From positions 8,990,001 to 9,054,000 of the forward strand of contig NC_134031.1 in NCBI RefSeq assembly GCF_964204645.1: a stretch of 64,000 nucleotides of DNA, read 5' to 3'. Shown here piece after piece: positions 51,011 through 62,700 of this stretch. The stretch's first letter is position 1; each line of letters opens with the position of its first letter. The DNA is from Tubulanus polymorphus (taxonomy: Eukaryota; Animalia; Nemertea). The notes below the pieces were generated by a model, which ran no database searches, was not told the DNA's origin, and was given only the letters and a program-made list of their open reading frames with translations. The translations under genes and the position numbers were made by a program.

Positions 51011-53833
51011 TTTTCCACTTTCCAGCCAAAAATGTTTCATAAGATGTTACTCCTCTCAGATTCAACTACTAACAGCTTATAAATGTAATTGTCTATTCTG
51101 TCAGAACTATAACTCATCGCCTGACCATTTCAATTTGCATATAGTAATTTATTATGAATTATAATCCCGCGTAATTACCTGGTCTAAACAGCAACAAGGA
51201 TGACGCAAAGAATCGTCATCCATTGATAAAAGTGCAACCCGAAAAGCCTAAAATTACCGGACAACCTTGAGCGTCAACTCAACCGTAAATCACGGATTTG
51301 GACACGTCAATTCTCGCTATCTGATTCATACATGAGCGATTCAAAAAGCCGCCATTTTGTTTTCGCAAAATCACGTAATCGGACTAATATAAGTCCCCGA
51401 TCCGTCATTTCTCGTTTCTGTTTCATCTATCGCCGCCATTTTGTACCACCAGTATATCTTCTGTTTGGCAAATGAACTCACTCAACATAACCTAAATCGC
51501 TTCAAAGACCTTGACGCAGTTGATGCCACATCATGTTCAAATCCAGACAATGCAATCAATTGTGATTGAAGTAAATTAATGTTCATTGAGTATACGTTCG
51601 TTTTCAGTGTTGTTATATTTCAAACATATGTGCAATATGTAAACTGTCACTGATAAATGAAAGCAAAAACAACTTTGTTAAAAATCGTTGTTTATTTCTG
51701 AATGCAAATTCCTCACTAAACAAATTGATGCATGAAGGTAGATCAACCTAGTATTAACGAAATTATGGACCAAAACGCGCAAGGAGAGCATGTGCGACGG
51801 ACTAGTTCATGCAACTGCCACCAGGGGACTTTGAAAGAACTATTGTTGACCCAGGTTGGGCTTCTTGGAAATAAGTCATATGTTATGGACTGATAAGAAT
51901 TATTTGGATGACGCTTCCCAGTGCGATATATGAACCAGTTAGGCAGAAACCCGTTATCGCTGCTATGTAGCTATATTTTACATTTGATTTGTCTTGCTTA
52001 GGAGTCAGTTTGTCAAAGCATTGAAGCAAAGCAGTCCAACTTGTTTACGTCTCAGTTGCAGCTGGTCAGGGCAGTCATTATATTGCTCACTTAAATCACT
52101 TACACAGCCCAACGTTTTTCAGTGTGTAAACTCCATCGTACTTGGCATTACAGGGACATTGAGGAATTGAATTTTAGGCACCTGAGCCCTCAACTTGATT
52201 CGAGCCAAAGACCTTAACTGACTTCACAGAATTTGAGTCTAGGATTTTCTAAATTGCTGAATGCTTTCTGCACTGGTTTTAAGATCAATTCAATCTTGAA
52301 TACATAAAAATTAGTCTTAATAGAAATAAATTTTCATTCTATTGAAAGAAATTCTACTGAACACAGATTTTGAAATGTACGATGTGTTTGTTGATTTATC
52401 GAGGCGAAATAATTAGAGCAAAATCAACTGACGATCAACAAGGTGAAGTTTTCATTTATCTTCGGATTATTTCTCTACCCCTGATGGTACAAGCATTTTG
52501 GCTACACCTTTTGAAACCTCAACGCTTTATCTACTCGTGCGAATTAGTCAGCCACATTCGATTTTCATGCCATCTGACCTCTTTCCATCTGTAATTAAGC
52601 AATCAAATGTAAATATTACTCAGTTATGTAATGTAATAGAAGAGTGAAAGAAAGAATAATAGATATCTAAGGAGACCCATTTAAATCGTGTGTTTGTCAT
52701 GAAAAATCTATTACTACTGTCTCGCAGAGCATAAACACTGACCATTAAGCGATGTGGAATTGGTATTTTAAGGGCTATTCGGTTTACTCCAAAACAAAGT
52801 CTCTGATAAACATTAAAAAGCTTCACATCATGCGTATGTCGTAGGACTCTTGAATGAATTATCATCCCATAATAACAATGAACCCAGTTCTGCATGTACG
52901 TTAGCACGACTGATTACTCATCCAAATATTTCAAACATGGCATTAGAAAAAAATTAAACAAAACGTCAAGTACTTACAGCATCTTAGACAGTTGCGCATA
53001 AGTTACGGTTTTGACTGCCAATGAGAAAAAAGCTTGATTTGAAACGTACACTTGCACATTCTGGTTTAAATATATTCCCACCAGCTGCTAAAATCTGCAA
53101 TGGTAGCTGGAAAGAAAGAAATAGAAATATATAGTCTCATACATGAGTGTAAATCAGCCCCTTACTAACTACTTAGGGCGTTCCACTGGCTCTACACACT
53201 ACATTAAGGGCCTAAATCTATTCTAGGCGTATCCCCAAAAAAGCTAGGCATTAAGTAGGTAGCCAACAATGATCATTACTTCGCTGAGGACTCATTAGCT
53301 AGCACCACCCAGTAGAAAGGTAACCTTAACTGCAGTTACGTTGATTTGAGCCAGTAATCTTCAGGAAATGTAGCCAACGTAAATTGATTAACGAATAGAA
53401 TTAATCAATATACTCATTTTAGGGATCATAGTTCATTAAAGTCCTAAAACTCGCCATAGATTTGCAATGAATTTAAGCTGAAAATGATTTCAACCATCTG
53501 TTATGTTGGCTGTATATTGTTCGCGGTAAATGACGGATCCGAACTAATTGGAAGTCCGTGATTTACGGTTGAGTTTGACGCTCGAGGTCGTCCGGTAATT
53601 TGTAGGCTTTTCGGGATGTACTTTTATCAATGGATGACAATGCTTTGCATTATTCTTGTCGCTGTTTAGACCCGGTAATTACACAGGATTAATTCATAAT
53701 AAATTACTATAGGGGCCTACGCAAATTCGAAATGGTCAGACGCTGAGTTATATTTCTGTCAGAATTGAAAATTACATTTATAATCTGAGAGGAGATACAT
53801 TTTATGAAACAAATTTGTCTGGAAAGTGGAAAA
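51011..53833. repeat. Inverted repeat pair (51011-51298 and 53555-53833)
   Basis: About 285-bp imperfect reverse-complement match enclosing about 2.25 kb. Confidence 0.75.
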
Positions 53834-53959
53834 GGTAATAATTACGAAAATTACAATACGGTTTCTGCGAAGCAGCAGAAACCCTAATTAGGCCTATGTA
53901 CTATATAATTAGGGTTTCTGCTGCTTCACATGAAAACAGTGTATAGGATACAATTAGGT

Positions 53960-54785
53960 GATTCTAAACTGATATATTGACAATGGAATTTCTCTTAAAC
54001 CATGCTCGAATGATAATGTTTCCAAGGTTTTTTTGATAATCAGTATTAATCAAAGTGAATTTCTCCTCACTTGTGAATTGACATAAGTTGTCATGACTAA
54101 TTTGCAAGTATAGGTCTAAGTGAAATTCGTCGTAGCATGGACATTCTATTACACGGTGCATTTCACTTTCAACCTGGTTTGGATTACATAGCTGACAATT
54201 TCGGTTCTTCAATAGAATATTGCTATACCTGCCAACTTCAATAGAAAAAGGAAGTGTTCCACTCCTTAGTTGTGCGATTAATGACCTCTTAGACAGAGTA
54301 AAATTTAATTTAACATAGGTTATAGTTTCTAGGTTATATTTGACTGTTTTGTAGGTTCTCAATTTACGGCTTTAGCCTCAACATTCCTGTGCCATTCTTG
54401 TGTTGCTAGGTCTTTGAGGACAGCTTCATTCAATTCTATGATTTGATGATTATCAAATTTGTCAACTATTTGCATTTCTACACTGATTTTATGAAAATCA
54501 CTGGACTAGTCTTTTTTGATCCAAAGCAACATCTTTTATGAATAATTTTTTGGGTAGTCGGTTATCATCCATATCAATTAATCTATTCCAGAATCGAACT
54601 AGGTTTCTGATTCATTTGAATTTACATCGGAGCTAACCCATTTCTCCAAGGAGTGCTGGTAAAGGACAGAGTTAAGGCCCAGAAAATATCTGCACGCTCT
54701 GTACTACACTTTTCTATGGCATGCAGGTTTTTTGCACCCCAAATCTCTGCACCGTAACTGAGAATTGTATCGACACCACTTTCAT
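53960..54785 (-). mobile_element. LINE 3' fragment (CR1/L2-group ORF2 C-terminus)
   Basis: LRTYKTVK...RSLIAQLRSGTLPFSIEVGRY...RNCQLC...VESEMH..IECPCY. Upstream degenerate ILSYGAEIWG and RFWNRLI.M.D.RLPK. Confidence 0.85.
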
Positions 54786-55044
54786 CAAACGAAATTTACC
54801 AACCAAATGAACAACGGCCAATCCTGCCTGACTGCCAACCTTCATTGGTCCATCATATTGCCCAAGATTCTTGGGCGGACAGGTTCCCGCCCAGCGCTCC
54901 CCAGTCTAAATATCTAGCCAATCAGATGTTGGCCAATCAGATGTTGTTTTCATTCTATCAATACCATGCATCTCATTGGCTAGATATAGGCCTATAGAAT
55001 GTTGGCAATGAAACCCTGGGCAAGCAAAATGACTAATACCAACC

Positions 55045-55296
55045 ACTGTGGCCAGCTAATTCGGCTTTTAGTAATCGATTTTTGCTTACACTGTCCTGAA
55101 CCTCACAAGAACGAGGAAAGTCAAAAGAAATACATTGAGGTATCATTATAAAACACATTTTATGCATTTTACTGTGGCCAGCTAATTCGGCTTTTAGAAA
55201 TAGATTTTTGCTAACACTGTTCTGAACTGCACAAGAATGGGGAAAGTCAAAAGAAATACATTGAGGTATCATTACAAAACACATTTTATACATTTT
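55045..55296. repeat. Tandem duplication, 126-bp period
   Basis: ACTGTGGCCAGCTAATTCGGC at 55045 and 55171. Confidence 0.9.
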
Positions 55297-56300
55297 ATAG
55301 TGTGCATATCCATCTAAAAATTCTGTGACAGTGAGTATGTGGCAGGTGACTAGGACCTGGGAGACATACTGATTCTTATCTGCCATCTTATATATCCATG
55401 TAAATACATACTCAAGTCAGTTTGCCAAACGTCTGATTTACTTGATCTATCAAATCGATTTGAGAATTCATCTGAATAAATGTATTGATTAGCCGAATCG
55501 AATCTTTTCTTGAAAAGATCATTCTTGAGATCAGTGCGAAACAAAGGAAAATAGGGATGGGGTTTGGGGTTGACAATCGATTTGTTATCTGATTGTACCA
55601 GTGCATAATAAAAGCGTTTATAAAGCTGTGTGATCGGCATTCACTATATGTTTCACTTGTCTTTGTATTGTTGCAATTGTTGTCAGGTAAAGCGTCCAGT
55701 GCCTGTTTTACGCGTCGATGTCGATGATGCGTTACTGCTTTTCATTTCCTATTTACTGACCTCTTTCTACATGGCCTACTTATGACCTACTTTTGACACG
55801 AAAACTTCCAGTGTACGCGATAACTCAAAAACCATTTAAGATAATTTGCCACAAATTGTAGCAGCCAGCAACACCTTGTATATTTTTGATTTAATCTATG
55901 TCACTAATCTAAGATAGATAAAGCAACCCTGCCTCTCTTGGTCTAAACCCGACAATAATTAAACACATGTGATTAATCGTGGTTGGCGATCATTAGAACC
56001 TATGAAAATATGTAATAGGACTCTAAGGTCATTATAACTGAAAGTTTGTTAGAAAAGGGGTTGTTGTTTTCGATGAAATTTAACTGTAAATGAGAGGGAT
56101 TTTGCCGGGGATTTTTTTGTTCTACGTAATAAGGTGGTCCGTCAGTTCCGAGGTCGTTAGACCGAAGTTCGACTGTCGTTCACTTTCAATCACTTTTGAA
56201 CTAGATTTTTTTTAATAGCCAAATCTGAAGATCATCAAAAAGATTTGGCCCTTTCATACCACAAATCTAATTATTGTGTCATTCTTTTCTTCTCGTGCAG

Positions 56301-56433
56301 GTTTGCCTACAATGAAAGTCTATAATATGCTGGATGATTATGGATCTGATTCACGTGATAAGTATCCATCTTTACTGAAGAATATTCAATCAACATCTCT
56401 CCCCTCTCTGTCCCATCTTCGAGCTGCTCAAGG
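56301..56433 (+). CDS. C9orf43: C9orf43 / DUF4647-like protein, next coding exon
   Basis: TTCTTTTCTTCTCGTGCAG acceptor, phase 1 matching the previous donor. Reads (G)LPTMKVYNMLDDYGSDSRDKYPSLLKNIQSTSLPSLSHLRAAQ, resembling the LPVLTVVDIL segment. Donor GG|GTAAAC; an alternative donor at 56362 is possible. Confidence 0.68.
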
Positions 56434-56710
56434 GTAAACTCGCCATGAATTTTTCATTGCCTTGATAGAGTTAGCTTATTTGCTTATTAACACAATTATA
56501 TCATTTTGGTAGCTGTATCCTCATACTTAAGTTTCTTTCAATTTTGGTTATGATATGAGGCCTATAAGTGATGTTTTAAGAACACAAAGAACACAAGACT
56601 TGCAATTAAGTCATACCAAAGGTAGCAGATTTTTATGTTCAGCAAACTGGTTCGTTGCTGAACATAAATATCATTGACAATTATATGCTAAGTCCGGGAA
56701 AAATAGCTTT

Positions 56711-58552
56711 TTAGTCCACTTGGGACTTTAGTCCCAGCGGGCTATTGCGTTCACTTTTCGTCCGTCGTCCATCTGTCCGTCCGTCTATCCATTCGTCTGT
56801 AGTTAGGAAGTTTAGAAGACGCTTCAATTTAATGTCTTGATATTTGTGTTACACATGTATCTACCGTAGACACATCTTCAGCCTAAAAACTGGCCCTGTC
56901 AGATTCAAGATGGCTGACTGGCAGCCATTGTTGTTCGCCAAAATCAGCACTTTTTACACGTATTTCAAGTTTTCGAGGGAAATTTTGAAGATGCTTTGAT
57001 CAATTACCTTGATCGTAGGTATTTGTGTCCCCCAAGGGCCCATCAGCATGAGAAAATTTGGGTCGATCGGACTCAAGATGGCCGTCCTGTGACCTTTTTT
57101 GTGCCCAAAAATGTCAATTTTGTCCTGAATTCTGAGTACTGTAGCTTCCTACTGGTTTGCCATTTTTCATTGAAATTTTTGTTGGCTATTCTATGGAAAG
57201 GGATCTTCAATACTTGAAACTTTTTAGTTTACCTTTGTCAGCGATATGAAGTTGGCATTGAGCCAATTTCATGTAAAATCGCGGTACGTTTTTTTATGTG
57301 AGCATTTGTTTCATTGGTTCTCGGTTTAAACGACGGATAATCGATGCGCTTGAAGACATGACGAACCTCCGTCAATGTACATGGTCAACTTTGTTAAAAT
57401 TCTACGATAAACTGTGTTTAGCTCTTGCGTATAAAATTGCAATGACCTCGATTGGGGGGCGTTGTCTCTACGAGCGAATGTGATTGGCTGTTTTTGGGAT
57501 ATACGGAGAATTCCGGCGCTACTAAAATAATTATGGGAAAGCCATAGAATGGCGAACGTTTCATTGGACTAGGTGCCGTATACGTGCAAATTTCAAATGC
57601 TCATTGCTGATGAGAATGTAATTATTATCCGCCATAGGTATTGTTTCATTTTAATACCCGGTGATTGATTTGATTGACGCTGAAGTGCAAGCGAACATTC
57701 ACTTACACAAGGCCTCCACACGTGCGCGGGTAGTGCTATAGACTGTTGCATACACAAACACACGCTCGTACAGTATACACTACTATAGTGATACTGTAAA
57801 CGCTGCTTGCTGGCGCGTCTGACATTTCATCAACAGAAGATGAGCGCTATGTTTTCTGTTTGATATAATTACAATACTACAAGTATAGGTTGAGGTCTGA
57901 ATATTGTAGTAGTAAATTCCAGGATAAAACGATCTAATACGCCGATTTCTTACTACGCCGGTTTAGATTCCGCGGCCATACATTGGAAGAGGTTTCCAAG
58001 ACTAAAAATTCAGCCACCCTCTGATATGTTACATCATATGAATTTTATTTGAATGTTTTTTCATATTGTGAAAAATATTTCTTTGAAAATATAAATAGTT
58101 TACCTGTACCCTACGAAATTTTGGACATGGACCAAATAAATGTATATTTTTGGTCTTATTTGAATACAAAATAATTCTTTGAGAAAGATGAAATACAATA
58201 TAGAACTTTGTAGTCATGAATTAAAGAGATTTTTCAAGCAATGCCCTTACCCCAAACAACCTCTAGCTTTCAAGGTAAACCACACTTTTCCCATGGGCAA
58301 TTTATTTGAGTATTTTTGATCAGCCTATGATCATGCAATTGGCGGCCATCTTGGTGTCATCAGTACTCATTCGTAGGTGGAAAAAAGTTTTTTCACATAA
58401 TATTGAAACCTAAACATTTTGATATCACAATCAATTGCAAAGTTGTAGCTCATGGTCTATGATTGAGGTGAGTTTCAAGGTCATTGGTTTTTGTATTTGG
58501 CCACCAGGGGGCGTTGAATAATACAAAAACTTTGTATTTCCATATTATATTT
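56711..58552 (-). mobile_element. Helentron-type family A interrupted by family E copy 3 (57222-58306, + strand)
   Basis: Family A sequence stops at about 57220 and resumes at about 58308. The intervening segment has family E termini. Confidence 0.8.
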
Positions 58553-58599
58553 AAGTAACGAAACGAGTAGTACTATATAGGTTAACTGTTTATTTGACG

Positions 58600-58680
58600 C
58601 ACGAGCTTTTGCTACTAATGTATAGAAGCTTCATCAGGTGAATGAGTCATTCACCTGATGAAGCTTCTGTACATTAGTAG
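58600..58680. ncRNA. Inverted pair of degenerate Penelope-type hammerhead motifs forming a palindrome
   Basis: Minus strand reads CAC CUGAUGA AGCUUCU..AGUAGC AAAA GCUC GUG followed by AAUAAA. 34-bp arms with one mismatch around 58646. Confidence 0.6.
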
Positions 58681-59710
58681 AAAAAAGTAGAAAGTAGTAG
58701 CAAAATTATGCCTATAACTCGTACTTTAGTCGAATTTCCACTTCAAGTCGTATCAATTTTAGAAGCCAAATCTTCTGATTTCATTCAAAATGCCTCGTGT
58801 TAGTTGTAGCCCGATATGCCGGCAGCAGATGAAAATACGCAACAATATTGTCTGTGCAGGCGTTTTGATTGTTATAATGTAACTTTCTTGTGGTAGCAGC
58901 CAGCACGAATTATCGGATAAATGGATATAAGTCATTATTTTACACATTTAGTAAGTAGGGGAGATTTCAGAGATATATAGGATCTGCACTGTCAGCTCAG
59001 GATACGGCCGCTGGAATTTGAGCATCGTATATATTGTATTATCACGGGTTATTCGCGGAATTCATACAAAACCACGAATCATAGATAACTGGTAAAAATA
59101 CGACTAACCCATAACTTGTACATCACGTAAGTAATAGAAAAATCGTCTGTCCAGAGGGTTACGATTTATGTGGGGTTGACTGAATTGTGTAAATTATAGG
59201 TATTAAATCTTGAGTTGGGGGTGTATTTTGACAAATTTAACCCACAGAATGCGTGTATTAGGCTTCTTATTGTATTAGGCTAATCAGAACCCCATTTTTG
59301 GCGAACCGTAGGTTTGCCTATGCAAAAGGTCTGGTGAAGCAGTGTTCATTCAAAATGAATAGAGTATCGGTGTGTCAACACGGCACTAACATTGGCTGTT
59401 GAACCAACAGTGTTGATTTTTGGTGTCATAGTTTGGCTTAATGAGTTCTCGACTCATCTGAATGTACTTTTCGACCTACAGGCCCTCACTTTATAAACCC
59501 CCTAAATTTTCTCGCTTCTATTTATCTGAGTTGACCTTGTTACCTGAGCTACATTGAATGTGATTGCCTGTTCGTTGGATATACGGGAAATTCCGGGATC
59601 TTCTGATGCAATTTGGAAAGCCCATTGGGAAAACCCAATGTGGAACCCAAAACATAATGGTGAGCATTTCATTCGACTAGGTATCGTATGTTCGCTTATA
59701 ATTTGTTCGG

Positions 59711-62700
59711 TGTTACGAATATAACCGAGTAGGTATGGAAGGCGAAAGCCACCAAAACATGGTTATATGTCATTCGATTATAAAAAGGTTTAAATAGATG
59801 ATGAAAACATACAAAAAGATAGTGAAACATATAAAAGGTTGATGGAAACGTGAAAAACTGTCAAAAGGTCATAAAAAGTCAATTGATGGTACTTTATCAT
59901 ATTTTCATCTTTTACCACCTTTTCATTATTTATGACGGTAACCAATAGCAACTATTGGTGGTGGTCACTTGACGGCTCTGGCTTAGATCTTACTCAGGCG
60001 GGACTCGAGGTGCCCTGAATCGCCACCAACATGCTGTAGAGCACAGGGACCCTTTCAGCTCGCGGAATTGTAGTTCACTCAGCTTGGGAGGAGGTCTGGA
60101 CAGTGATGTCTTCAATCCAACCAGATAGGTTTAATTCGGGCCAAATAATCCCAATGGACGACTGGTTGAACCATATTCAGGTACGGAGTCGGAGGTTTGA
60201 TGGAATTTCTGGGCCGCAATTGTCTTTGTCGAGTGTCACTCTCGGGCCGCAATTGTCTTGGTCGTGTGTCACTCTCACAAATTGCTGGTTCTGCCACTGG
60301 GTCATCAGCAACTGGATCGGTAGGCTGCGTCAATGGGTTCCCTACTGAATCAGGCTGACTCTGGTTTGTAGCAGCTACCCTATTTGGTGCTGTACAACCA
60401 GAACCAGTGTTCCTAGGTTCATGGCAGACCCATACCACCTTGTCTTGCGACTCCTAAGATTTATCAGAGTGACTCAGAATTGAATCACTTTTATATGTCA
60501 TTGGCTATCGGCGGTGTTTAATGACAGTTTGTTTGTGACTGGGGTGCCTGACTACTGGCTTATCTACATCGCCACCATCCGGTTGCCACTTACACTGCTT
60601 CATGTCGTTGAAGTGAACCACCTTGAGTTTTGGGTTTCCAATTTCTGGCTTAATCCGGTAATTCACCTCACACTTTTCGACAACAGTGTACGGACCTTTC
60701 CATTGCCTGTGGAACATTGCCTCCTCACCATTCTTCAGAAAATGGGTATATAGCCATACGCGGTCACCAGGACTGTGCCCGCCACGACATGCGAACCTGT
60801 CGTACATGACCTTTTGCTGCCGCTGTGCAGTCTGTGCAGTTGCCCCCGAACATTATCATGGGAGTCGACAAGTCTGTTGGCCAAGTCATCCCAAATATAC
60901 TCTCTATCTGCTCTGGCTCCAGCAAGCCCAGACTTATGTCAACCGGGAGTACCATCTCTTCTCCGAAAGTCAAGTTAGATGGCGTCTCTTTGGTTGAAGC
61001 TTGCACACTCGAGCGGTATGCCATGAGACAGGAAGGCAGTTGTTGGTCCCAGTCTGTACCCTGTTCATTCACAACGGTGGTCAATACCCACTTCAGCGAT
61101 TTGTTAAAGTTCTCGATTTGACCATTGCCCATAGGGTGGTACGCAGTTGTCCATGTTTTGTGTATGGCCAAGATACGACACATTTCAGCAAAAACTTTAG
61201 ACTAGAAATTTGACCCCCAATCTGAAAACTGGCCCACAACCTTGTAGTTCTGCTGGACTGGGTTTCGTGCCGCTATGGGCCGATTCAATTACCCCTATGA
61301 ACCTCAGGATCCCCCAACTGGGCTTTACCAATGGTCATATGGTAGTGGGTTACCTAATTGAATGGCACAAGCATTCACGCGTCTGCCCGGCGACCCAGTG
61401 CTACCGCAACTTGGGCAGTCACCATGCTTTCTCGTCGTTCTCAGCAATCTAGAAACTGCATCAGCATTTGAATGGCGGACACCTGGCCTATGCGGAATCG
61501 TAAAGTCGTAGTTCTGGAGTCTCTCATGCCAATGGGCGACTTGCCCCTCCGGGTTCTTGAACCCCTGAAGCCATTTCAGTGATCAGTTCTGACCAGAAAT
61601 GGTCTTCCCAGGAGGTAGTGTCAAAAATTGTCAACTTGGTCTACGAGTGCCAATATTTCCCAACGGGTGGCGCAGTATGATCATTTCACCGGCATGAAAT
61701 GATCTTCCCCCGTACTCAATGACCTCGTCCTGACCATCCTGCTGAACCTGGCTCAACACATCACCAATGGCCCAATTGCTCTCATCAAGTATGAACTGCC
61801 CCGTATCCTCTGAGAAATCAGCAAAACCTAATACAGGGGGCTCATCAACTTGGTTTTCGGTAAACTAAACGCTGCTTCCTGCTCTCCTGCTTTCTTACAC
61901 ACGTTTTTTACTTGTTCACCCAATGAAAAAGAATCATCAAAAATGACACCGAGGTTGACTACCCTCTTGGAAGTATAGGGAGCGTGATTACTTATTGTAA
62001 GTGATATATTGACGGGCAGCTTTTTCATTACCGATCTGATGCAAGTAGCATAAACTGTGTTTTTGGCTGATTTAATAGTAGCATATTTACCGTCATCCAC
62101 TCATCAATACACAACACAGCATCACTCAAAACCTGTAACCATTTAGAGATCTCAGCAATATCAGGGCTGACCAGTTTATGTAGTTGGTCATCATCTGCAT
62201 ACATATGATAAGATAGATTAATACTGATAAGATCGACCAATGGTTTCATGTACAGTATAAATAAAAGCGGACCTAAAAAAAGTGAACCTTTGTTCGTCCA
62301 CAAAGATAAGATCTTATCTATTGTAAAAGCAATCCATTGTAACCAAAATCAAGATTAAGTCGTTCTAATAAAAGGTTGGGGTCACTTGTGTCAAAAGCTG
62401 AACTTAAGTCCAGCTTAACAAGGAGAACTAAGTTACCATGATCAATAGCACATCTGATATCATCTGCAACCTTCAAAAGAGCTGTTTCAGTACTGTGATA
62501 GGTTCTGTATGCAGATTGAAAAGGCTCAAAAAGATTTTCTATGTTCAAATGATATACAACTCTCGATACTTTGAGGAGGATAGGTGAGGAGCCCTTTGTG
62601 TCAATTTCAAACTCGAATTGAGCGAAGTCCTATCAATATCAAACTGACTGCATTAAAATACCGGCTGGTTTTGGTAGATCACACCCTCTTATTGCTCTTT

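Noticed and set aside
51980-52310. Possible decayed coding sequence on the minus strand
   Set aside because: Multiple stops and no recognisable motif.
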